From: Ilumatobacteraceae bacterium
GTDB taxonomy: Bacteria > Actinomycetota > Acidimicrobiia > Acidimicrobiales > Ilumatobacteraceae
Reading direction: 5' to 3'
Length of the DNA: 24,000 bases
Assembly: GCA_031366885.1 (NCBI GenBank)
Contig: JANLPB010000098.1
Span: forward strand, 1-24,000
A program made the translations under genes and the position numbers. Under the pieces are notes generated by a model, which made no database searches, was not told the origin of the DNA, and saw nothing but the letters and a program-made list of their open reading frames with translations. Of the stretch, positions 1-7,878 are shown in pieces (within the stretch, counting starts at the first letter, position 1; every line of letters starts with the position of its first letter).

Positions 1-95
1 CAGCGCCGCCGTGGTCGACGCTGTCGTCCCCATCGTCGAGCGCCTTGCCGGCACCTGAAGTCCCTTCAACCTACGAGACCCGAAAGCAGCCACCT

Positions 96-1184
96 ATGAA
101 AGTCGGAATCAGTCTTCCCTCGCAGTACCCGTTCGGGAGCACCGCCCAGATGCTGGAGGTGTACGAGCAGGTTGGGTTCGACTCGTACTGGTCGCCCGAC
201 CACATCTTGGGTGTCTTCCACCCCGCGCTGTGGAAGGACATCCCGTTGTCGGACCTCGCGGCCGACCCCGACGCGTTCTACGACCCGTTCTGTTACGGGG
301 CCGTTGTCGGCACGATGACGGACCGGCCGTTCGGTATCTCCGTCACCGACGCCACCCGCCGCGGTGCCGCCGATCTCGCCCGCACAGCGCTCACTTTGAA
401 TGATCTCAATCGCGGTGGCTTCATCCTCGGCATCGGCTCTGGTGAGGCCGAGAGCCTTTTGCCGTTCGGCTATCCGTTCGACAAGCCGGTGGCGGTGTTG
501 GAGGACGTGCTGCGCGATCTGCGCTCGCTGCTCGACAAAGGAGTGATGGCCGACGGTGGGGTGGGCCGAATGGGTCTGCCGTTGAAGGCCGAAGGACGCG
601 GCAGCCCGCCGGTGTGGGTTGCCGGGCATGGGCCGCGCATGTTGCGCCTCACGGGCGAATACGGCGACGGTTGGATTCCGGCGTGGGGCATGACGCCCGA
701 GGAGTACGGCGAGAAGCGTGCGGTCATCCTCGATCATGCAGCCGCGGCGGGCCGCCCCGCGCCCGAATGCTCGCTGTTGCCGTTCGTGTTGTTCGTCGAG
801 AGCCAGGAAGCAGCCGAGGAGATGTTCGAGCGCGAGCCGCTTGGCAAGCTGTTCGGGCTTTTTGCGATGGGTCACGTCTGGGAGAAGTACGGACTGACGC
901 ACCCGCTTGGCAACGACTCGAAGGGCTTCGTCGACGTCATCATCCACGACCTCGACCCTGACGAACTGCGCGACGTCGCAAAGACCATCCCCTTCGAGAT
1001 GGTCAAGGAAGTGCTGTTCGTCGGCAACACCGAAGAGCTCGCCGGCCAGTTCGAGGCGTACGCTCGCAACGGCCTGGAACACGTGGTGCTGGCCAACATC
1101 ACCGGCGTCGTTGGCGGTATGGCCGAAATCATGGCCCGCGGCATGGAACTTCCCCAGCTGAAGAATGTGCTGTCGGAGCTATGA
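96..1184 (+). CDS. LLM-class (luciferase-like) flavin/F420-dependent oxidoreductase
   Basis: Taken from ORF 45..1184. The N-terminus 'MKVGISLPSQ', 'YWSPDHI' and 'GGFILGIGSGE' fit the luciferase-like monooxygenase TIM-barrel family. I prefer the ATG at 96 over the TTG at 45. The stop overlaps the next start (ATGA, 1181-1184). The cofactor (FMN or F420) cannot be told from sequence alone. Confidence 0.8.
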   Translation: MKVGISLPSQYPFGSTAQMLEVYEQVGFDSYWSPDHILGVFHPALWKDIPLSDLAADPDAFYDPFCYGAVVGTMTDRPFGISVTDATRRGAADLARTALTLNDLNRGGFILGIGSGEAESLLPFGYPFDKPVAVLEDVLRDLRSLLDKGVMADGGVGRMGLPLKAEGRGSPPVWVAGHGPRMLRLTGEYGDGWIPAWGMTPEEYGEKRAVILDHAAAAGRPAPECSLLPFVLFVESQEAAEEMFEREPLGKLFGLFAMGHVWEKYGLTHPLGNDSKGFVDVIIHDLDPDELRDVAKTIPFEMVKEVLFVGNTEELAGQFEAYARNGLEHVVLANITGVVGGMAEIMARGMELPQLKNVLSEL

Positions 1185-2449
1185 GCAGCGACCTCGAAGA
1201 GTTCAACCCGTTCGACTCCGCAACACTGCAGTGCCCGTTCCCGCATTACGCGCAGATGCGCAGCGAGCAGCCGGTGATGCTGATCGAGTCGCTGGGCATG
1301 TACCTGGTGACCCGTCACGATCTCGTGCTCGGGATCTTGCGAGACCCCGCTACCTATTCGTCGATGTTCGGTGGCGCCAGCATGCCGTTGCCGTCGGATG
1401 CGCGAGCGAAGATGGCGGAGGTGATGGCGGATGGCTACCCGCGGGTGCCCACCATGCTCACGGCCGACATGCCCGACCACACTCGCTATCGGCGGCTGGT
1501 GTCCAAGGCGTTCACGCCGAAGGTGATCGCTGAGCTGGAGCCTGTGATCCGCGCGATCGCCACCAAGCTGATCGACTCGTGGATCGACAGCGGGTCGATT
1601 GAGTTCGTCGAGCAGTTCGGCGTGCCTTTGCCGGTCGAGGTCATCGCCCACGCGCTCAACGTGCCCGACTCGCGAATGGCCGACTTCAAGCGTTGGTCCG
1701 ACGATTCCATCGCAGGCATCGGCACCAACATCTCGTTGGAGAAGCGTCTGGAAGCGGAGCGTGGTGTCAACGAGTATCAGCACTACTTCGCCGCCGAGTT
1801 CGAGAAGCGCATGACCGATCCGCAAGACGATCTGCTCACCGCGTTGCTGCAAGCACGTATCGATGACGACGACCCGGAGGTGACTGACAAGCGCCCGCTC
1901 GACATGCCCGAGATGCTCAGCATCGTGCAGCAGTTGCTGGTGGCCGGTAACGAGACCACCACCAAGTTGCTCACGGAGACGATGCGCCTTCTCGCCAACG
2001 ACCCCGATCAATGGCGACGCTTGCAGGCCGACCCCAGGCGTGCGGCCAGTGTGATCGAGGAGGCGCTGCGTTTGTCGACCCCGACCCAGGGCATGTTCCG
2101 TATTTGCACGCGCGACCACGAGCTGGATGGTGTGCACATTCCAGCCGGGGCGCGGCTGGTGATCGTGTTCGCATCGGCGAATCGCGATGAGGCGATCTAC
2201 ACCGATGCCGACGCGTTCGACCCGGATCGCCAGGGTTTGCGCGAGCACCTTGCGTTCGGCAAAGGAATTCACTTCTGCCTCGGCGCCGCGCTCTCGCGGT
2301 TGGAGGGCAGGGTCGCGCTGGAAGAGTTAGCCCGCCGTCTCGACAGCTTCACACTGGCGGACACCAATCGTTTTGACTACTTCCCCAGCTTCTTGCTCCG
2401 CGGCCTCACCCGTCTCGATGTCGACATCGTGCCGGCCGTGGGCGCCTGA
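1181..2449 (+). CDS. cytochrome P450
   Basis: 422 aa. I-helix 'LLVAGNETTT', EXXR 'EEALRL', and heme-thiolate loop 'FGKGIHFCLGAALSR' (Cys codon TGC at 2276-2278). GGAG lies just upstream of the ATG. The gene overlaps both neighbours (ATGA at 1181, TGATG at 2447-2451). Confidence 0.93.
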   Translation: MSSDLEEFNPFDSATLQCPFPHYAQMRSEQPVMLIESLGMYLVTRHDLVLGILRDPATYSSMFGGASMPLPSDARAKMAEVMADGYPRVPTMLTADMPDHTRYRRLVSKAFTPKVIAELEPVIRAIATKLIDSWIDSGSIEFVEQFGVPLPVEVIAHALNVPDSRMADFKRWSDDSIAGIGTNISLEKRLEAERGVNEYQHYFAAEFEKRMTDPQDDLLTALLQARIDDDDPEVTDKRPLDMPEMLSIVQQLLVAGNETTTKLLTETMRLLANDPDQWRRLQADPRRAASVIEEALRLSTPTQGMFRICTRDHELDGVHIPAGARLVIVFASANRDEAIYTDADAFDPDRQGLREHLAFGKGIHFCLGAALSRLEGRVALEELARRLDSFTLADTNRFDYFPSFLLRGLTRLDVDIVPAVGA

Positions 2450-3270
2450 TGGCGGGGACCAAGCTCCTCGGGAAGATTGCGGTTGTCACCGGGTCCAGCC
2501 GCGGCATCGGGCGAGGGACGGCCATCGCTCTCGGAGAGGAAGGGGCCACCGTCTACATCACAGGTCGCAGTACCGGCGACGGTGAACTCACCATCGAGCG
2601 GACCGCTGAACTGGTGGCGCAGGCCGGTGGTCGCGGTATTCCGGTGCCCACCGACCACGGCGACGACGCCCAGATCGAAGCCCTCTTCGATCGCGTGCGA
2701 GCCGACGAGGGCAAGCTCGACATCCTGGTCAACAACGTCTACAAGATTCCCAGCCCGCCCGCGTGGGGTGGCGGCTTCTGGGACCACCCGGTCTCTATTT
2801 GGGACGATCAGGTCGGCATCGGGCTTCGCGCGCACTACATCGCTTCGTGGCATGCGGCGCCGTTGCTGTTCGCCGCCGGGCCGGGCAGCTTCATCTGCAA
2901 CGTCTCGTCGCCGGGTGGCCAGAGCTACCACTTCAGTTCGTCGTACGGGGCAGGCAAGGCCGGCCTCGATCGGCTGGGCGCCGACATGGCGCTGGAGCTG
3001 GCGCCGAAGGGAATTGCCTGCGTCACCGTCTACCCCGGCACGGTCTCGACAGAGTTCATCGTCGAGGCGCGCGGCACCAGCTCGGCAGCGATGGACACCG
3101 CCCAGACACCATTGGTGGTCGGGCGCAGCATCGCAGTCCTCGCTTCCGCAGCCGACCTGATGGAACGGTCCGGGTCGATTCAGTGGGTGGAAGATTTGGG
3201 TCGCGAGTTCGGGCTCGTCGACGAGTTCGGGCGCGCGCCGGCTGCCTACCCGAAACGGTTGCCTCAGTAA
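2449..3270 (+). CDS. SDR-family short-chain dehydrogenase/reductase
   Basis: 273 aa. Rossmann motif 'VVTGSSRGIGRG', 'NNV' segment, and catalytic 'YGAGKAGLD' (YxxxK). The start overlaps the P450 stop by 1 nt. Confidence 0.88.
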   Translation: MAGTKLLGKIAVVTGSSRGIGRGTAIALGEEGATVYITGRSTGDGELTIERTAELVAQAGGRGIPVPTDHGDDAQIEALFDRVRADEGKLDILVNNVYKIPSPPAWGGGFWDHPVSIWDDQVGIGLRAHYIASWHAAPLLFAAGPGSFICNVSSPGGQSYHFSSSYGAGKAGLDRLGADMALELAPKGIACVTVYPGTVSTEFIVEARGTSSAAMDTAQTPLVVGRSIAVLASAADLMERSGSIQWVEDLGREFGLVDEFGRAPAAYPKRLPQ

Positions 3271-5609
3271 CTGCCTTCTTCGTGGCGGTCGACACCGAGC
3301 AGCTGCACCAGGTCTTCGTGTAGTTCCATCCACACGTCGTGGTAGCTGCCGCACATGACGCCCGTGAACATTCGCTGCTCGCCGCTTTCGAGCCGCACCA
3401 GGCTGGTGCTCAGTCGCCGGTCGTACGAAGCGAAGCGCGGGATCGCCTCGGCGAAGCCGGCGATCGGCGCCAAGGCCTGATCGTGCATTGCGCGCAGTTC
3501 GGCGACGCGGGCGCTGTCGTAGTCCGGGTCACTGTGGTCGTTGGGGTCGCCGTCGCGAATTTGCCACCGGTTGCATAGATCTTTGAACCCGACGTTGAGG
3601 TCGAGGAACTGCGGGTACGGCTCGCGCAGCCCGTCGACGGCGACACCGGAAACCTCCTGCAGCTTCTCGCCGTGGCGGTCGCGACCGAGGGGGGAGAGCT
3701 GCCACAGGTTGCGTGCGGCGACGTGGCGACACCATCCGGTCTCCACCATTCCCGACAGCATGTTCTCGACGATGGTTTGCTCCACGCCGGAGATCTCGGC
3801 GATCACTTCCACGGGCGCGTAGCCCTTGATGCGCAGCGCATGCATGACCAGGAATTCGGCGTCGCCATCGTCGCTGCGGATTGCGATGGCGGCGTCGGCT
3901 GACTCCAGCAGATCTTCGACGGCAGTTTGCTGCTCGATGGTTGGTGCGGCGCCGGCGGCAATGGCCGCCATCACGTCGTTGTTGACGCGGCTCATCTCGA
4001 GCAGCGCCTGGGCGACGGCGAGTCGTGCGATGGGCACCCGATACGGCGAGCAGCTGACGTAGTCGACCCCGCAGGCAACGAGGAACTTGGCCGATTCAGG
4101 GTCGCCGGCTTGTTCGCCGCAGACGCCGATCTTGATGGCGGCGTTGGCGTCGCGAGCATGCTCGCACGCATAGCGGATGAGGCGGCCAACACCGATCTGG
4201 TCGAGCGATTCGAACGGATCGCTCTGCAGCAGCCCGTGGCGCAGGTATTCGGGAATCAGTTTGCTGCCGACGTCGTCGCGGCTGAACGCGAACGTCAGCT
4301 GCGTGAGGTCGTTGGTGCCGAACGAGAAGAAGTCGCTCACCTCCGCCAGCTCACCGGCAACGAGCGCGGCTCGCGGTGTCTCCAACATCGCGCCCACGCT
4401 GACGGCACCTTCAAAGCCGACGGACGCAATGGCCTCGGCCACCCATGCCCGAGCCATGTGCATCTCGGTGGGGTCGATGACCAGTGGAATCATCACTTCC
4501 ACCTTTGGCGAGCGGCCCTGGGCCTGCACCGCGATGACCGCGTGCAGCAGCGCACGCACCTGCATTTGGTAGAGCCCTGGCTTGACCACACCCAGCCGCA
4601 CACCGCGGGTGCCGATCATCGGGTTCACCTCGTGCAACCGCCTGACGGCAGCCAACTCGAAACGGCCCTCGTCGTCCAGCTCGCCGAGTGCTTCTGCGAC
4701 AACCAGCCGTTCCAGCTCCGGCAGGAACTCGTGTAGTGGCGGGTCGAGCAGGCGAATCGTGATCGGCAGGCCATCCATCGCGGAGAGGATGCCCTCGAAG
4801 TCGGCCTGCTGCGCCGCCGCCAATTCAGTGAGCGCGTCGCGTTCCTCGCTCGGCACATCGCTGAGAATCAGCCGACGAACGAGCGGCAACCGGTCGTCGG
4901 CGAGGAACATGTGCTCGGTGCGACACAGCCCGATGCCCTCGGCACCCAGGTGGCGGGCGTGCGCTGCGTCGGCCGAGTTGTCGGCGTTGGCGCGCACCGC
5001 AACCGGTACGTCGGCTCCGGCGCGAATCTGGTCGGCCCAGTCGAGCAGGGTCTCCAATTCGGGCGGCGCTTCGGCGGTCGACGTGTCGGCGCGCCCGAGA
5101 AAGACCTCGCCCGTACGACCATCGATTGAAATCTGAGTGCCGGCCGTCAGCACCCTGTCGCCGATGCGGAGGCCCTCATCGTCGATGAGTATTTCGCCCG
5201 CCCCAACGACTGCCGGAATTCCCCAGCCACGAGCGACGACCGCAGCGTGACTGGTGATACCCCCGCGCGTCGTGAGAATGCCGCGTGCGGACTGCATGCC
5301 CAATACGTCGTCGGGCGTCGTCTCGTTGCGAACCAGGATCACCGGCCGCCCGGCGTCGGCAGCCTCGATGGCGTCCTCTGCGCTGAACGCAATCTCGCCC
5401 GCAGCTGCTCCTGGGGAGGCGCCCAACGCTGTTGTCAAGAGCGCCATCTCGTCGTTGCTGGCGAAGGTGGCGTGCAGGAACGCGCCAATGGCCCCAGCAG
5501 GTACCAGTGCGACCGCCTCGGCGATGGTGAGTGCGTCGTTGGGGTCACATGCGCGCCGGACCGCGCTCTGGATGATGGCGGCGAATGATTCGCCAGCGGT
5601 AGAACTCAT
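3264..5609 (-). CDS. pyruvate,phosphate dikinase-like PEP-utilising protein lacking the ATP-grasp domain, with a C-terminal extension of unknown function
   Basis: 781 aa.
- Swivel phosphohistidine motif 'TTRGGITSHAAVVARGWG' (His121).
- PEP/pyruvate TIM-barrel motifs 'GIGLCRTEHMF', 'IRLLDPPLHEF', 'FFSFGTNDLTQ' and 'VSCSPYRVPIARLA' (Cys520).
- The protein begins at the region that lies between the nucleotide-binding and His domains of full-length PPDK.
- The start is supported by SD 'AAGGGGA' 4 nt upstream of the ATG at 5609.
- Residues ~540-781 (nt ~3264-3992) extend beyond the PPDK fold. Confidence 0.85.
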   Translation of the reverse strand: MSSTAGESFAAIIQSAVRRACDPNDALTIAEAVALVPAGAIGAFLHATFASNDEMALLTTALGASPGAAAGEIAFSAEDAIEAADAGRPVILVRNETTPDDVLGMQSARGILTTRGGITSHAAVVARGWGIPAVVGAGEILIDDEGLRIGDRVLTAGTQISIDGRTGEVFLGRADTSTAEAPPELETLLDWADQIRAGADVPVAVRANADNSADAAHARHLGAEGIGLCRTEHMFLADDRLPLVRRLILSDVPSEERDALTELAAAQQADFEGILSAMDGLPITIRLLDPPLHEFLPELERLVVAEALGELDDEGRFELAAVRRLHEVNPMIGTRGVRLGVVKPGLYQMQVRALLHAVIAVQAQGRSPKVEVMIPLVIDPTEMHMARAWVAEAIASVGFEGAVSVGAMLETPRAALVAGELAEVSDFFSFGTNDLTQLTFAFSRDDVGSKLIPEYLRHGLLQSDPFESLDQIGVGRLIRYACEHARDANAAIKIGVCGEQAGDPESAKFLVACGVDYVSCSPYRVPIARLAVAQALLEMSRVNNDVMAAIAAGAAPTIEQQTAVEDLLESADAAIAIRSDDGDAEFLVMHALRIKGYAPVEVIAEISGVEQTIVENMLSGMVETGWCRHVAARNLWQLSPLGRDRHGEKLQEVSGVAVDGLREPYPQFLDLNVGFKDLCNRWQIRDGDPNDHSDPDYDSARVAELRAMHDQALAPIAGFAEAIPRFASYDRRLSTSLVRLESGEQRMFTGVMCGSYHDVWMELHEDLVQLLGVDRHEEGSY

Positions 5610-5745
5610 ACGGTCCCCTTTTTGATCATGTCCGGTTGCAAGCCCCCTGCTACCGCCACACCGTGTGTCGTACCCTACGCTTTACGAGTTACCTAAGCAT
5701 CGTACAGAAAGACGGAATCGGTCTGAATATGAGAGCGTGTACGAG

Positions 5746-7386
5746 ATGACCAACGCACGAGACACGTGGCAGCAGGCATTCGACGAATCGCGCATCCGCG
5801 ACGCCGACTACTCGACGATGTCGGGGGTGCCGCTCGCGGCGGTGTACGGCGCCGCCGATGGCACCGGCGACTACCCCGGCCAGTACCCCTACACTCGCGG
5901 GCCGTACGCCTCGATGTATCGATCGAAGCTGTGGACGATGCGTATGTTCGCCGGCTTCGGAACTGCCGACGACACCAACTGGCGCTTCAAGGAAATCATC
6001 AAGTCCGGTGGCGATGGGCTGTCGACCGCGTTCGACATGCCGACGCTGCTGGGCCTGGACTCTGATGACCCGATGTCATTGGGCGAGGTTGGGCGCTGCG
6101 GTGTCGCGATCGACACGCTCGCCGACATGGAAGATCTGTACGCAGGAATCGACCTTGGTGCCACCACCACCAGCATGACCATCAACTCGCCGGCCGCAGC
6201 CATCTTTGCCATGTTCATCGCGCAGGCGGAGAAGGCCGGCACCCCTCGTGCATTGCTGGGCGGCACGCTGCAGAACGACATCCTCAAGGAGTACCAAGCG
6301 CAGAAGGAGTTCGTCTTCCCGCCTCGCCAATCCATGCGGCTGGTGCGCGACACCATCTTGTACACGGCCGCGGAAATGCCGCGTTGGCACAGCGTGTCCA
6401 TCTCCGGCTATCACATCCGCGAGGCAGGGTCGACGGCGGCGGAAGAATTGGCGTTCACGTTGGCAAACGGCTTCGCCTACGTCGAGCTGGCGATGAAGGC
6501 AGGCCTGCCGATCGATTCATTCGCGCCGCGCTTGTCGTTCTTCTTCAATGCACACATCGACTTCTTCGAGGAGATCGCCAAGTACCGCGCCGCCCGTCGC
6601 ATCTGGGCGCGCTGGATGCGCGAACGGTACGGGGCGGTGGCTGAACGTTCGTTGCAGCTGCGGTTCCACACGCAGACCGCCGGTGTGTCGCTCACGGCAC
6701 AGCAGCCGGAAGTCAACATTGTGCGCACCGCTATCGAGGCGCTTGCCGGCGTGTTGGGTGGCACTCAGTCGTTGCACACCAACTCGATGGACGAGGCAAT
6801 GGCGTTGCCGACCGAGAAGTCGGCGCGCATCGCGCTGCGCACACAACAGGTCATTGCCTACGAAACCAACGTGGCCCACGTGGCCGATCCGCTGGGCGGC
6901 TCGTATTTCGTCGAAGCGCTCACCGACGAGATGGAGCGTCAGGCCGAGGAGCTGTTCGCCCACCTCGACGAACTGGGTGACGGCTCGATGTTGGAGGGGT
7001 GCATTCAAGGCATCGAGGACAACTGGTTCCAGGGCCGCATCGCCGATTCAGCGTTCGATCTGGAACGCAAGATGAATCGCGGCGAGCGGATCGTGGTCGG
7101 CGTCAACCGTTTCACCGAAGGCAACGACGAACAGTCGATGGACCTGCTGGAGATCACCAACGAGGACGAGGCCCGCCAGCTGAAGCGGCTCGACGTCGTG
7201 CGCCATCAGCGCAACGGTGCCGCGGTCGACGAAGTACTCGCCCGCCTCGCGGCGGAGGCCGCGGACCCGGAGATCAACCTGATGCCAACACTCATCGAGG
7301 CGGCCAGCGCCTATGCAACACTCGGCGAAATCATGGCCACCATGGGCACCGTGTTCGGTCGTCACGTCGAAGTGCCGGTGATCTGA
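5746..7386 (+). CDS. B12-dependent acyl-CoA mutase, large (substrate-binding) subunit, isobutyryl-CoA-mutase-like
   Basis: Taken from ORF 5665..7386. I prefer the ATG at 5746 ('MTNARDTWQQAFDESRIRDADYSTMSG') because it matches the usual mutase N-terminus. Motifs seen: 'YPYTRGPYASMYRSKLWTMRMFAGFG', 'GLSTAFDMPT', 'NDILKEYQAQKEFVFPP'. Phe and Gln sit where methylmalonyl-CoA mutase has Tyr and Arg. Confidence 0.9.
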   Translation: MTNARDTWQQAFDESRIRDADYSTMSGVPLAAVYGAADGTGDYPGQYPYTRGPYASMYRSKLWTMRMFAGFGTADDTNWRFKEIIKSGGDGLSTAFDMPTLLGLDSDDPMSLGEVGRCGVAIDTLADMEDLYAGIDLGATTTSMTINSPAAAIFAMFIAQAEKAGTPRALLGGTLQNDILKEYQAQKEFVFPPRQSMRLVRDTILYTAAEMPRWHSVSISGYHIREAGSTAAEELAFTLANGFAYVELAMKAGLPIDSFAPRLSFFFNAHIDFFEEIAKYRAARRIWARWMRERYGAVAERSLQLRFHTQTAGVSLTAQQPEVNIVRTAIEALAGVLGGTQSLHTNSMDEAMALPTEKSARIALRTQQVIAYETNVAHVADPLGGSYFVEALTDEMERQAEELFAHLDELGDGSMLEGCIQGIEDNWFQGRIADSAFDLERKMNRGERIVVGVNRFTEGNDEQSMDLLEITNEDEARQLKRLDVVRHQRNGAAVDEVLARLAAEAADPEINLMPTLIEAASAYATLGEIMATMGTVFGRHVEVPVI

Positions 7387-7790
7387 TGACCGAGCGAATT
7401 CTTATCGGCAAGGTCGGCCTCGACGGCCACGATCGCGGGGTCAAAGTCGTCGCCCGAATCCTTCGCGACGCAGGCTTCGAAGTCATCTACACCGGGCTTT
7501 TCCAAACGCCGGCGACGATGGCCGCGGCTGCCGTCGATGAAGACGTCGACCTGGTCGGGCTGTCCATGCTGTCGGGTGCTCACATGACGCTCGCCCCGGC
7601 TGTCGTCGAGGCCATGCGCGCCGCCGGCTGTCACGCTCCCGTCGTTGTCGGCGGCATCATCCCTCAGCAGCACATTGAGCGCCTCACCGCGGCTGGTGTC
7701 GCGGCGGTGCTCACCCCCGGTGCCCCCGCCGACCAAGTGGTGGCAGTCATCAGATCCGTGCTCGACGCAGCGGCCGCCACATCGGCCTAA
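7386..7790 (+). CDS. acyl-CoA mutase small subunit (cobalamin-binding domain)
   Basis: In frame within ORF 6999..7790. The ATG at 7386 overlaps the large-subunit stop (TGATG). The DxHxxG motif is present in 'GLDGHDRGVKVV', together with 'GLSMLSGAH' and 'VVVGGIIP'. Product is 134 aa. Confidence 0.88.
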   Translation: MTERILIGKVGLDGHDRGVKVVARILRDAGFEVIYTGLFQTPATMAAAAVDEDVDLVGLSMLSGAHMTLAPAVVEAMRAAGCHAPVVVGGIIPQQHIERLTAAGVAAVLTPGAPADQVVAVIRSVLDAAAATSA

Positions 7791-7800
7791 TCGTTGCGCC

Positions 7801-7854
7801 CGCAACTGGGTCTTCCCAGTTTCCTACGTAGCGTTCCGGGAAGCACCAGTTGCG
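7801..7854. terminator. 54-nt imperfect palindrome between convergent genes (putative bidirectional terminator or structured element)
   Basis: CGCAACTGG (7801-7809) pairs with CCAGTTGCG (7846-7854). CTTCCC (7812-7817) pairs with GGGAAG (7838-7843). The central palindrome is CTACGTAG (7824-7831). There is no U-tract. The element lies between stop codons at 7790 (+) and 7879 (-). Confidence 0.4.
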
Positions 7855-7878
7855 GCGATCGACGGTAGCGCCGGGCCG

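Noticed and set aside
2-58. Possible 3' end of an upstream plus-strand gene ('...SAAVVDAVVPIVERLAGT*', stop TGA at 56-58).
   Set aside because: Only 19 codons are visible. It is plausible but cannot be supported from this window.
872-2272. Long ORFs that are antisense or out of frame with respect to the called genes. Examples: 66..1082(-), 872..2272(-), 2377..3354(-), 3927..4736(+), 8311..9225(+), 9266..10111(+), 14193..15080(+), 14687..15496(+), 15701..16684(+), 22292..22687(+).
   Set aside because: They lie entirely inside genes with strong family motifs on the other strand or frame. Their translations are Arg/Pro/Gly/Ala-rich low-complexity strings, which is typical of shadow ORFs in GC-rich DNA. 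None shows a recognisable motif.
5610-5745. Possible adenosylcobalamin riboswitch or operator upstream of the B12-dependent mutase. This includes three heptamer-spaced TTAC/CTAC repeats at 5675-5695 (CTACGCT TTACGAG TTACCTA).
   Set aside because: The region is too short (~135 nt) and has no B12-box-like conserved core that I can see. The heptamer pattern is weak and could be chance in an AT-richer promoter region.
6999-7385. N-terminal extensions of track ORFs upstream of my chosen starts: 45-95, 5665-5745, 6999-7385, 10011-10163, 17468-17518, 19050-19154, 19588-19728 and 23798-23863.
   Set aside because: The extensions overlap neighbouring genes or are Arg/Pro-rich and unlike the family N-termini. 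Internal ATG or GTG codons give canonical N-termini, and several are start/stop-coupled or have an SD. The exact starts remain unverified.
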